64,000 bases of DNA from Actinomycetota bacterium. Its GTDB lineage: Bacteria > Actinomycetota > Acidimicrobiia > Spongiisociales > UBA4744. The stretch's first letter is position 1. Each line of letters starts with the position of its first letter. Below the pieces are notes generated by a model that saw nothing but the letters and a program-made list of their open reading frames with translations, made no database searches and was not told where the DNA came from. The translations under genes and the position numbers were made by a program. Below, one piece after another: positions 54,394-63,560 of the stretch. The DNA is taken from the NCBI GenBank assembly GCA_013152275.1, contig JAADGS010000040.1:1-64000 (forward strand), in the 5' to 3' direction.

Positions 54394-55688
54394 ACTGGTT
54401 CGACGACTACAGATCGAAGCTGCAGACTCCGCACCAGGCAGTCTTCCAGATCCAGAGCGGCGACCGTGTCTACTACGGAGGGAACGCGGCGATCCCGTGG
54501 GCACTGGTCAGGGCGCTCGCAGAACGAGGCGAAGAACTCTCCGACGTCCAACTCAATCACGTTCTCCTCGTTGGCGACGATCCCCTCTCCGATCCGGCGA
54601 TGGCCGATCATTTCCGTCACAACTCGCTCTTTGTGGGACCGGCGGATCGGGCTGCGGTGAACGAAGGACGCGCAGACTACGTTCCCATCTTCCTGCACCA
54701 GATTCCGCGCCTGTTCAAAGAGAACATCATTCCCCTGGATGTCGCAATGTTGATGGTGTCCCCGCCGGACGAGCACGGCTTCATGAGCCTCGGCGTCGAG
54801 ACGCTCGCCTCCCAGGCCGCCTACCAGTCGGCCAAGAAGGTGATCGTCCAGGTGAACACGAAGATGCCGCGCATTCTCGGCGACTCGTTCCTCCACGTGA
54901 GCAGGGTCGACACGATCGTCGAGCACACCGAGGCGTTGCCCAACCTGATACCGAAACCGGCCACAGAGGTCGAACGCAAGATCGCGGCGCACGTACTCGA
55001 GCTCATTCCGCCGCGTTCGACGGTGCAGATGGGCATTGGCGGCATCCCAGACTCGGTGTACGAGTCGATGGAAGGCGATCTACAGCTTGGGATCCACACC
55101 GAGATGCTGTCGGACGGAGCCATGCGCGCCATCGAACGCGGCGTCGTCACCGGGGCATACAAGTCGCTCCATCCCGGGAAGGTCGTGATCACGTTCGCGA
55201 TGGGAAGCGACGATCTCTACGAGTTCCTCGACAACAATCCGCTCATCGAGGCACACCCCGTCGACCACACGAACGATCCGTTTGTCGTTTCCCAGAACGA
55301 CAACATGGTCGCGATCAACTCTGCGATCGAGCTGGATCTGACCGGACAAGTCTGTTCCGACTCGATCGGCCCATACATCTACTCGGGGTTCGGCGGGCAG
55401 GTCGACTTCATTCGCGGTGCGGCGAAGTCCAAAGGCGGCCGACCCATCATCGCGCTTCCCGCAACCGCCAAGGGCGGAACGCTCTCTCGCATCGTCCCGT
55501 TCCTGAAGCAGGGCGCCGGTGTGGTCACCAGCCGTGCCGATGTTCACTACGTCGTCACCGAATACGGCGTCGCCAACCTGTTCGGCATGAATCTCCGGGA
55601 ACGGGCAGAGGCGCTGATCGAGATCGCCGCCCCTCAGTTTCACGAGGAGCTGGAGGCCGCTGCGAAGGAACGCAAGCTGCTGCCGTGA
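54390..55688 (+). CDS. Acetyl-CoA hydrolase / 4-hydroxybutyrate CoA-transferase family protein
   Basis: QMGIGGIP, IHTEM, SGFGGQVDF, VTEYG. Confidence 0.92.
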   Translation: MNWFDDYRSKLQTPHQAVFQIQSGDRVYYGGNAAIPWALVRALAERGEELSDVQLNHVLLVGDDPLSDPAMADHFRHNSLFVGPADRAAVNEGRADYVPIFLHQIPRLFKENIIPLDVAMLMVSPPDEHGFMSLGVETLASQAAYQSAKKVIVQVNTKMPRILGDSFLHVSRVDTIVEHTEALPNLIPKPATEVERKIAAHVLELIPPRSTVQMGIGGIPDSVYESMEGDLQLGIHTEMLSDGAMRAIERGVVTGAYKSLHPGKVVITFAMGSDDLYEFLDNNPLIEAHPVDHTNDPFVVSQNDNMVAINSAIELDLTGQVCSDSIGPYIYSGFGGQVDFIRGAAKSKGGRPIIALPATAKGGTLSRIVPFLKQGAGVVTSRADVHYVVTEYGVANLFGMNLRERAEALIEIAAPQFHEELEAAAKERKLLP

Positions 55689-55799
55689 GACTCTCTGCCG
55701 GTACCCGGGGATGGCGAACGGATTCATCTCGAGCAGGTGCCGACATCGACCAGAGCGTGGTCCACCCCAGGAGAGGACCGAGCGAGTAGCGTCCTGTCC

Positions 55800-56525
55800 A
55801 TGGCCACCGTGCAGCTCTTCGTCACGTGCCTCGTCGATGCGTTCGCGCCGCAGGTTGGAGAAGCCGTCGTGGACCTTCTCGAGCGACTTGGACTGACCGT
55901 CGAGTTTCCCTTCGGACAGACGTGCTGTGGTCAGCCTGCGTTCAATGCCGGTTTCCGTGACGAAGCCCGGCGTATGGCCGTGCACACACTCGAGGTGCTC
56001 GACGCCACCGAAGGCATGATCGTGCTGCCATCGGGGTCGTGTGCGGACATGGTCATCCGCCACATCCCCGATCTCGTCGCCGACGACCCCGACCTCTCCG
56101 AGGCGGCTCAGAGGGTCGCGGCCAGGACGCGTGAGTTCACCTCGTTCCTGGTCGACGACCTCGACGTGACCGATGTGGAGGCCACCGGCGCCGGCTCCTG
56201 CACGCTACACCACTCCTGCCATGGCCTGCGGAACCTCGGCGTGAAGTCACAGCCTGAACGGCTCCTCGACAACGTCCAGGGAATGGATCGGGTGGAACTC
56301 GCGGACGCGACCGAGTGCTGTGGCTTCGGAGGCCTGTTCGCTCTCGAGATGCCCGACGTATCTATCGCGATGCTCGACAGGAAGCTCGACAACATCGAGG
56401 CAAGCGGTGCCGACACGATCGTCGGAGGCGACATCTCGTGTCTCCTGCACATTGCAGGAGGTCTGCACCGGCGAGGGAGCTCCATCGAGGTTCGCCACAT
56501 CGCCGAGATCCTCGCCAAACGATGA
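55800..56525 (+). CDS. lutA: Lactate utilization protein A (CCG domains)
   Basis: FVTCLVD, QTCCGQP, SGSC, HHSCH, CCGFGG. Confidence 0.92.
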   Translation: MATVQLFVTCLVDAFAPQVGEAVVDLLERLGLTVEFPFGQTCCGQPAFNAGFRDEARRMAVHTLEVLDATEGMIVLPSGSCADMVIRHIPDLVADDPDLSEAAQRVAARTREFTSFLVDDLDVTDVEATGAGSCTLHHSCHGLRNLGVKSQPERLLDNVQGMDRVELADATECCGFGGLFALEMPDVSIAMLDRKLDNIEASGADTIVGGDISCLLHIAGGLHRRGSSIEVRHIAEILAKR

Positions 56526-57910
56526 CCTCCTTCCTCGAACGAGCGCGCTCGGACATCGGCACTCCCCCGATTGCCGCGCTGCAGATCGGCGCGCGACGAT
56601 TCTCCGACCATCGCGCGCACGCCGTCGAGGCATTCCCGCCGATGGACGACATGCGAGATCGCGCTCGAGCAATCCGCCTCCACACGCTCGCGAATCTGGA
56701 TCGGTATCTGGCCCAGTTCGCAGATGCTCTCGAAGGGGTGGGAGGGCACGTGTTCTTCGCCGCGGATGCCCACGAAGCCAACGAGTACGTCGTACAACTT
56801 GCGCACGCCCGAAACGTGGAGCGGATCGTCAAGTCCAAATCCATGCTCACCGAGGAGCTGCACCTCAACGACGCCCTCGAAGCCGAGGGGATGGAGGTCG
56901 TCGAAACCGATCTCGGAGAGTTGATCGTGCAGCTCGCGAACGACCGCCCATCACACATCATCGCCCCGGTCCTCCACAAGACCCGCTTCGAGATCGGCAC
57001 GCTGTTCGAAGAGAAGCTTGGCGTCCCGTACACAGATGATCCGATCCAACTGAACACGATTGCCCGCCGCCATCTCCGTCCCCTGTTCCTCACCGCGGAC
57101 ATGGGGATCAGCGGCGTGAACATCGCTGTCGCGCAGACCGGTTCCATCTGCATCGTCACGAACGAAGGCAACGGTCGCCTCACCACCACGGCGCCCAGAA
57201 TCCACGTTGCGATGTTGGGTGCGGAACGCCTCGTCCCATCGATCGGGGACATGTCCGTCATCCTGGAGGTACTCGCCCGCAGCGCGACAGGCCAGAAGCT
57301 GAGCGTCTACACGAACGTCCTCACCGGCCCTCGCCGCCCCGGTGAACCGGACGGCCCGGACGAACTCCATGTCGTGATCGTCGACAACGGGCGCTCGAAG
57401 GTCCTGGCGGGTCCAAGCTCCGAGATCCTGGCCTGCATCCGCTGCGGAGCGTGCCTCAACGTCTGTCCCGTGTACCGGACCGTCGGCGGGCACGCCTACG
57501 GCAGCACCTATCCGGGACCCGTCGGATCGGTGCTCACCCCGGCACTGTTCGACCTCGACGAATGGTCGGATCTGCCGTACGCGTCCACGCTCTGCGGAGC
57601 ATGCCTGGAAGTATGTCCCGTTCGTATCGACATTCCCCGACTCCTGCTCGATCAGCGCAACCTGTCCGTGCAGACGCGAACCGGACCCATGTGGATGCGA
57701 CGCCCGCTGCGTGCCTACGCAGGTGCAGCGACGCACCCGGGCCGCTTTCGCGCGCTGCTGCGTGCCGGTGCCGTCATCGGTCGTCTGTTCCGCACCGGAT
57801 GGATCCGCCGGCTTCCCTGGCGAGGAGCCGCATGGACCCGGGGCAGGGATCTGCAGGCACCAGTCAAGTCGTTTCATCGACGCTGGAAGGAGCGCAACCG
57901 TGGATCGTGA
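56522..57910 (+). CDS. lutB: Lactate utilization protein B (Fe-S)
   Basis: KSKSM, ETDLGE, NEGN, CIRCGACLNVCP, YPGPVG. Confidence 0.94.
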   Translation: MTSFLERARSDIGTPPIAALQIGARRFSDHRAHAVEAFPPMDDMRDRARAIRLHTLANLDRYLAQFADALEGVGGHVFFAADAHEANEYVVQLAHARNVERIVKSKSMLTEELHLNDALEAEGMEVVETDLGELIVQLANDRPSHIIAPVLHKTRFEIGTLFEEKLGVPYTDDPIQLNTIARRHLRPLFLTADMGISGVNIAVAQTGSICIVTNEGNGRLTTTAPRIHVAMLGAERLVPSIGDMSVILEVLARSATGQKLSVYTNVLTGPRRPGEPDGPDELHVVIVDNGRSKVLAGPSSEILACIRCGACLNVCPVYRTVGGHAYGSTYPGPVGSVLTPALFDLDEWSDLPYASTLCGACLEVCPVRIDIPRLLLDQRNLSVQTRTGPMWMRRPLRAYAGAATHPGRFRALLRAGAVIGRLFRTGWIRRLPWRGAAWTRGRDLQAPVKSFHRRWKERNRGS

Positions 57911-58553
57911 CGCGTTCTTGGCTCGGATCCGGTCGGCGTCGGCGTCCCTGTCGGCCTCTTCCGACCCGGGGATTCTCGTCCCCGAGCAGCCCCCCGGTGA
58001 TCTCGTAACCCGCTTCTGCCGTGAGCTCGAAGCCGTCGACGGGGTGCCCCACCGTGCTGTGGATACGGATGATGCCCTCCGCATCGTCCTCGAGCTGATG
58101 GAAGGACACCGTTGGTTCATGGCCCGTGGGCCACTGCCGGTGCCCGGCCTTGCCGGCCGCCTGATTCATGACGGCTATCGGATCATGAACAGCGATGTGC
58201 CACCTGACCCGGCGGCGCGTATCGAGCACCAGCTCGCCTACAAGACACTCGAGGTCGGGATCACCGCGGCGGACGCCGCTCTGGCCGAGTCGGGGTCGAT
58301 CGTCGTCACGTCGGGACGCGAATCACCGCGGATGGCGTCCCTGATCCCGGAGACCCACATCGCTCTGGTCCGCACCGATCAGATCTATCCGTCGCTCAGT
58401 CACTTCCTCGCCGAACGCTCCGAGGTGGCGACCCGGTCGAGCAACATGGTCGTGATCACCGGGCCGAGCCGCACCGGCGACATCGAGCAGACCCTGACGC
58501 TGGGTGTGCACGGTCCGCGCCAGGTCCACGTCGTCCTCATCCCGTTCTCGTGA
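57900..58553 (+). CDS. lutC: Lactate utilization protein C (LUD domain)
   Basis: AESGSI, ITGPSRTGDIEQTLTLGVHGP. Confidence 0.92.
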   Translation: MDRDAFLARIRSASASLSASSDPGILVPEQPPGDLVTRFCRELEAVDGVPHRAVDTDDALRIVLELMEGHRWFMARGPLPVPGLAGRLIHDGYRIMNSDVPPDPAARIEHQLAYKTLEVGITAADAALAESGSIVVTSGRESPRMASLIPETHIALVRTDQIYPSLSHFLAERSEVATRSSNMVVITGPSRTGDIEQTLTLGVHGPRQVHVVLIPFS

Positions 58554-58591
58554 CGGTTGAGCCGGTTAGTTCCCGCGAAGCGTCACGAGAA
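58545..58591. repeat. 47-bp palindromic REP-like element overlapping the lutC and DUF885 stop codons
   Basis: Inverted near-identical copy of 12561..12607. Confidence 0.85.
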
Positions 58592-60251
58592 CGGAGGCAG
58601 TCCAGTCTTTCACCAATCGATCCAGCGTCGTGAGTGGCATCATGCCCGAGTCCAGAACGGTGTCGTGGAATCCCTTGACGTCAAAGCTCTCACCAAGGGC
58701 CGCCTCTGCCTCGCTCCGCATCCGCTGGATCTCCAGACGTCCGATCATGTAGGCGAGCGCCTGACCCGGCAAGCCGATGTAGCGATCGACCTCGTTCTCG
58801 ATCGTGCCGATCGACATCGGGGAGTTCTCGGCGAAGAAGTCGATCGCCTGCCGGCGGCTCCACCCTTTCGCGTGCAGGCCGGTGTCGACGACCAGCCGAC
58901 CGGCGCGCATCGAGTCGGCCGAGAGCATGCCGATGCGCTCGAGGGGCCCCGAGTACAAGCCCATCTCGTCGGCAAGACGTTCGGTGTACAGGCCCCAGCC
59001 TTCGGCGTAGGCCGTGACGCCTGCGTGCTTTCGAAAGTCGGGGATTCCTTCGAGTTCCTGAGCGATCGCCAACTGAAGATGGTGGCCCGGGATCCCCTCG
59101 TGATACGCCATCGCCTCGATCTCATAACGGCCCCAGTGTGTCGGATCGGACGTGTTGACGAAGAACATGCCGGGTCGAGATCCGTCGGTGGCCGGCGGGA
59201 AATAGAACGCGGTCGGCCCGCTCGGTGTTTCGGCAACGATGCAGTCGGCCTTCGGAAGACGTCCGAACCAGTCCCCGATCGCGGCATTGGCCTTTGCGAG
59301 CGCACGCTCCGAAGCGGCGACGACTTCCGGGCCTGCCACAAAGTGCAGATCCGGATCCTCGCGTAGACGTGTGAAGATCTCGCTGAGATCGTCGGTGCCG
59401 AGAGCCTCCTTACCGAGCTTTCGATACTCGCCGGCCAACCGCTCGACCTGGTCGAGACCGATGTCATGGATCTCATCGGCCTTCAACCGCAGCGTCGTGT
59501 GCTGATGAATCGCCTTCGCGTAGAGTTCGTCGCCGCCAGGTACCCAGGACACGCCGCTTCGCTCCTGCGGCCTGGCGAACGGCAAGACCTCGTTCGCGAT
59601 CGTGTCTCGATACCGTTGCAGCGATGGCCGGATCGCGTCACGAACGACGGTGGCGAGACGCTCCTTCCACGCTTCGGTTGCCGACGTGTCGAAGGATTCC
59701 GGGACCCGTACATGCAGAAATGGATTCTCTTCCATCGGCAACGCGAGCAGCGCGTCGAGCTGCCCGACCGTCTTCTCGCTCGTCAGCGCAGGCGGTGTCC
59801 TGCCATCGACAAGCCCTTCGCGCAGGCGCTCGCCCATCTCATCGAACACTCGAGCGAATCCTCGGTACTTCTCGACCAACGCCTCGGCATGCTCGGACTC
59901 CTCGATGGGCAACTGGGGGATCAGCACGGGGATCATCGCCTGCAAACCCATGGCGTGGTTGACCGCGAACTCTGCCGCCCTCGTCTCGAGGGCATCGGCC
60001 CCGGTGGAGGCTTCGAAGATCAGCACATCCCTGGTGATTCGTTCGTCCTTGTCGAGACCTGCCTGATCGATCGCCTCGGCCCGTCCTGCGAAGTCCCGAA
60101 GCCGGGCGATCTGGGCGTCCTCGGCCTCTCTCGACACTTCCTCGACCTTCTCGTCGAACCGGTGATCTCCGAGCATCATGGCGTGCGTCGGGTTGGTCTC
60201 CATCGTGTAGTCCCAGTACTCGTCGCCGAGCCTGCGCAGTTCCTCGTTCAC
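58566..60251 (-). CDS. DUF885 domain protein
   Basis: HEGIPGHHLQ, EGWGLYTE, RLVVDTGLH, PGQALAY. Confidence 0.93.
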   Translation of the reverse strand: MNEELRRLGDEYWDYTMETNPTHAMMLGDHRFDEKVEEVSREAEDAQIARLRDFAGRAEAIDQAGLDKDERITRDVLIFEASTGADALETRAAEFAVNHAMGLQAMIPVLIPQLPIEESEHAEALVEKYRGFARVFDEMGERLREGLVDGRTPPALTSEKTVGQLDALLALPMEENPFLHVRVPESFDTSATEAWKERLATVVRDAIRPSLQRYRDTIANEVLPFARPQERSGVSWVPGGDELYAKAIHQHTTLRLKADEIHDIGLDQVERLAGEYRKLGKEALGTDDLSEIFTRLREDPDLHFVAGPEVVAASERALAKANAAIGDWFGRLPKADCIVAETPSGPTAFYFPPATDGSRPGMFFVNTSDPTHWGRYEIEAMAYHEGIPGHHLQLAIAQELEGIPDFRKHAGVTAYAEGWGLYTERLADEMGLYSGPLERIGMLSADSMRAGRLVVDTGLHAKGWSRRQAIDFFAENSPMSIGTIENEVDRYIGLPGQALAYMIGRLEIQRMRSEAEAALGESFDVKGFHDTVLDSGMMPLTTLDRLVKDWTASVLVTLRGN

Positions 60252-60346
60252 CGTCCAGCCTTTCGTCGCAGCAGATCACTCATCTTGACCCACCGTGGGT
60301 ACAACGTCGAATCTGGAGAAACGCCTGGCACCGCTCCCCCGTGCCG

Positions 60347-60370
60347 TGATACAATATGACTGACTGGTCA
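60347..60370 (+). promoter_or_regulatory. Extended -10 promoter with adjacent TetR-type operator
   Basis: TGaTACAAT (60347..60355) followed by the imperfect palindrome TGACTGACTGGTCA (60357..60370), upstream of tetR. Confidence 0.6.
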
Positions 60371-60386
60371 CCCACATTGGAGCGTC

Positions 60387-61001
60387 ATGGGTCGAATCAC
60401 CGCCGAGGCGAAGCTCGAGGTCCGCAACCGACTCCTCGCCACGGCTGCAGAGCACTTTGCCCGCGACGGCCTCGAGCGAACGAGTATCGACGCCATCGCG
60501 TCCGGAGCGGGCGTCGCCAAGGGAACCGTCTACAACTACTTCCGATCCAAGGACGAGCTTTTTGCCGAGGTCATCGCGGAGGGTGCACGACGCGCGGTAC
60601 AGCGATACGAAGCCAATCCGGCGGCGGGATCGACCAGGGACCGGCTCCGGGGACTGGCCGAAGCAGACGTGCAGGTCGTGCGGGAACAGGAGCCTTTCCA
60701 GCAGGTCGTGATCAGGGAAGCCCTGGCGTTTCGACCTGAAACCTATCCCCTCGTCATCAGGCATCTCGCCCCGTTTGTCGGCGCCGTGGCACATGTCCTC
60801 GACGAAGGTGTGTCCGCAGACGAGGTGCGCGCAGATCGGCCCACTGCCGAACTCGCCCTGGCTTTTGTCGGCATCCTCGGCATCCTGTATGTACAACACT
60901 GGGGCTCCGGCGGCACGTGGCCGAAACTCGACGAGATCCCCGACCTCGCGGTCCTGCTGTTCTTCGAGGGTGTCGGACGACGGCCAGGGAAGCAACGATG
61001 A
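60387..61001 (+). CDS. TetR/AcrR family transcriptional regulator
   Basis: TSIDAIASGAGVAKGTVYNYFRSKDELF helix-turn-helix. Confidence 0.95.
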   Translation: MGRITAEAKLEVRNRLLATAAEHFARDGLERTSIDAIASGAGVAKGTVYNYFRSKDELFAEVIAEGARRAVQRYEANPAAGSTRDRLRGLAEADVQVVREQEPFQQVVIREALAFRPETYPLVIRHLAPFVGAVAHVLDEGVSADEVRADRPTAELALAFVGILGILYVQHWGSGGTWPKLDEIPDLAVLLFFEGVGRRPGKQR

Positions 61002-61651
61002 GCACGTACGCGTTCATGCGCTGGCTCGAGTCGACACCGTCTCGCTACGACCGTGGCATGCACCTCTTGAGCAGGGGACGTATGTCCCGCGTCTACGACC
61101 GTGTTGCCGAACTGGCGGCAGGACCGGGGCTGCGCGTCCTCGATGTCGGCTGCGGAACCGGAGGGGTCACCCTGGCGTGCGCTGCACGAGGAGCAGAGGC
61201 CGTCGGCCTCGACCGGGATGCCGGCATGCTCGAGGTCGCCGCAGCGAAACCGGCGCCTGCCGACGGAAGCGTCGAATGGGTGGAGTTGGGGGCGGCCGAG
61301 ATCGAGGACCGATTCGATCCCGAAACGTTCGATAGCGTCGTGTCGTGTCTCGCCTTCAGCGAGATGTCCCCGCAAGAACGCGCCTACGTGCTCGGGATCG
61401 TCCATGACCGACTTCGTCCGGGAGGCCGGCTGGTGATCGCAGACGAGGTCGAACCGACAGGCGCCGGCGCCCGTCTGCTCTACCGATTGCTACGAATCCC
61501 CATGACCGTGGCGACCTGGTTGCTCACTCAGAAAACAACACATCCCGTGCACGGCCTCACCGACGCCGTGCGCCAAGCGGGTTTCGCGAACATCGACGAG
61601 GAACGTCCGTGGCCGGCCTTCGTCATCTTGAGTGCGAGGAGACCATCATGA
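60998..61651 (+). CDS. Class I SAM-dependent methyltransferase (corrinoid-protein-associated, CpaM-like)
   Basis: VLDVGCGTG motif I, FDSVVSC, LRPGGRL; N-terminus MSTYAFMRWLESTPSRYDRG; ATGA overlaps on both sides. Confidence 0.85.
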   Translation: MSTYAFMRWLESTPSRYDRGMHLLSRGRMSRVYDRVAELAAGPGLRVLDVGCGTGGVTLACAARGAEAVGLDRDAGMLEVAAAKPAPADGSVEWVELGAAEIEDRFDPETFDSVVSCLAFSEMSPQERAYVLGIVHDRLRPGGRLVIADEVEPTGAGARLLYRLLRIPMTVATWLLTQKTTHPVHGLTDAVRQAGFANIDEERPWPAFVILSARRPS

Positions 61652-62745
61652 AACTACTGGACTCCATATTCGACACGGCGTTCAGGTTCTTGCCACATCG
61701 CTCGAAGACGGGGCTCTTCCCGATCGGTGATCCCGACCGCTCCTCACCCGTCATCGTCACGGGCAACTACACCCTCACCGTGCGACGCGTGTCCAAGGCG
61801 CTGCAGGGTGAGGACGTCTGGCTGCTCGTCACCGACAGCAGAGGCATCAACGTGTGGTGCGCTGCAGGAGGAGGCCATCTCACCCATCATGACGTGATCG
61901 CCGCGGTTCGAACATCCCAAGTCGCAGACCGGGTCGACCATCAAGAGCTGATCCTGCCCCAGTTGAGCGCCACCGGGGTCGAGCGAAATCGTGTCGAGGA
62001 GGCGACCGGATGGCACGCGACGTGGGGACCGGTCCACGCGACGGACCTGCCTGCATTCCTGAGACGCGGCCGGCACGCCGTGAGGGAAGAGCGAGCCGTG
62101 CGCTTCCCGATGAGTGATCGCCTCCAGATGGCAGTGATGTGGACCGCCCCGATGGTGCCGATCCTGTGGTTGATCCTGTGGGCGATCAGCGGACCGCTAC
62201 CGGCGGTCGTCGGCGCGGTGGCCATCACGGCCATCGTGCTGGGACTCTTCGCAGGCATGCCGTGGCTGCCGCTGAGGACACACCGAGGGCTACTCGTCTA
62301 TGGCGGCCTGGCCTTGGCCGGGTTCGCGTTCGGTGCTGCCCTCTTCACGGCCGCCGGGGCCCTGACGACGAGAAACCTCATCGTGCTCGCCGCCGCGTGT
62401 GTGGTCGGGACCGGGATCGTGTCGGTGGATGTCGCCGGGTCGACACCGCTGCTGTCGAGTTCGGTCAACCCGAGCGATTTCAGGGTCGAGTTGCTGGTCG
62501 ACCGTTGCACCGGGGCTGCACAGTGCGTGCTCGTATGCCCGCGTGACGTGCTCGTCATGAACGGCCACGTCCACAAGGTCGAGATCGTCCGGCCCGCGAA
62601 CTGCATCCTGTGTGGCGCCTGCATCGTCCAGTGCCCCGAAGATGCCCTCCGCTTCCGGTTCGACGACGGGAGGGTCGTCGAGCCGGCGACGATACGCAGA
62701 ACACGCCTCAATCTGCTGGGCAAACGCACCATCGACGTGACCTAG
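61648..62745 (+). CDS. Fused HgcAB-like protein (corrinoid domain, TM domain, ferredoxin)
   Basis: IGDPDRSSPVIVTGNY, GINVWCAAGG cap helix, LILPQLSATGV, WGPV; about 4-5 TM segments; CxxAxxCxxxCP and CxxCxxCxxxCP. Confidence 0.9.
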   Translation: MKLLDSIFDTAFRFLPHRSKTGLFPIGDPDRSSPVIVTGNYTLTVRRVSKALQGEDVWLLVTDSRGINVWCAAGGGHLTHHDVIAAVRTSQVADRVDHQELILPQLSATGVERNRVEEATGWHATWGPVHATDLPAFLRRGRHAVREERAVRFPMSDRLQMAVMWTAPMVPILWLILWAISGPLPAVVGAVAITAIVLGLFAGMPWLPLRTHRGLLVYGGLALAGFAFGAALFTAAGALTTRNLIVLAAACVVGTGIVSVDVAGSTPLLSSSVNPSDFRVELLVDRCTGAAQCVLVCPRDVLVMNGHVHKVEIVRPANCILCGACIVQCPEDALRFRFDDGRVVEPATIRRTRLNLLGKRTIDVT

Positions 62746-62747
62746 TG

Positions 62748-63560
62748 TCACGCGAGCAGCAGCTTCTCCAGCCTCCGCGCCGCAACCACGATGCCAACCG
62801 CACCCATCACGACCAGGAACCCGATGTGGTAGAGCATGGTCCATTCGAAGATCCCGAGCGTAAGCGAACGAATCAGCACGACACCGTGATAGAGCGGCGA
62901 CAGTTGCGCCGCCCATCGCAGCCACTCGGGATACACGCTGAGCGGGTAGAACGTCGCCGAGAACAGAAACAGGGGAAGCGTGACGAGTTGCACGAGATCG
63001 AAGTCCTGCCAGGATCGCATGAACGACGTGGCCGCCATGCCTGCTGCAGCGAATCCGAAACCGAGCAGGAGCGCCGCAGGGACGGCGAGCAGCCCCCACA
63101 GCGACGGCATCAGGCCCATGATCCACATCACGACGAGGAACCCCGTCGCATACAGCGCTCCTCGAAACAGCGACCACGTGATCTCTCCGATGGCAATGTC
63201 GCCGGGCGCCATCGGAGTCGCCAGCACAGCGTCGTAGATCTTCGCGTACTTGAGCTTGAAGAAGATGTTGAACGTCGATTCGTAGACGGCACCGTTCATG
63301 GCCGCCGCACCGAGGAGCGCGGGCGCCACGAACGCCGCATAGGAGATCGGTTCCCCGGTGGGTCCCACGACATCACCGACGAGTTTGCCGAGTCCGATAC
63401 CGATGGAGAAGAGATAGAAGAGCGGTTCGAAGAATCCGGAGAAGATGACGATCCATGCGTGCCGGTACACGAGGAAGTTCCGTTCGAGAAGATGTCGTGC
63501 CCGCCGACTGCCCATCGCCGACGGCGGCACGATCCTGGCCATGAGGGTCCCGGTGGTCAT
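62748..63560 (-). CDS. ABC-2 type transporter permease (NodJ/DrrB-like)
   Basis: FEPLFYL, YAAFVAP, LFSATFYPL, PLYHGV. Confidence 0.9.
   Translation of the reverse strand: MTTGTLMARIVPPSAMGSRRARHLLERNFLVYRHAWIVIFSGFFEPLFYLFSIGIGLGKLVGDVVGPTGEPISYAAFVAPALLGAAAMNGAVYESTFNIFFKLKYAKIYDAVLATPMAPGDIAIGEITWSLFRGALYATGFLVVMWIMGLMPSLWGLLAVPAALLLGFGFAAAGMAATSFMRSWQDFDLVQLVTLPLFLFSATFYPLSVYPEWLRWAAQLSPLYHGVVLIRSLTLGIFEWTMLYHIGFLVVMGAVGIVVAARRLEKLLLA

Noticed and set aside
61648..62745. Calling this a bona fide hgcA/hgcB mercury methylator
   Set aside because: Fused architecture, GG instead of GK after the cap helix, and no HgcB Cys tail; activity cannot be inferred from sequence.
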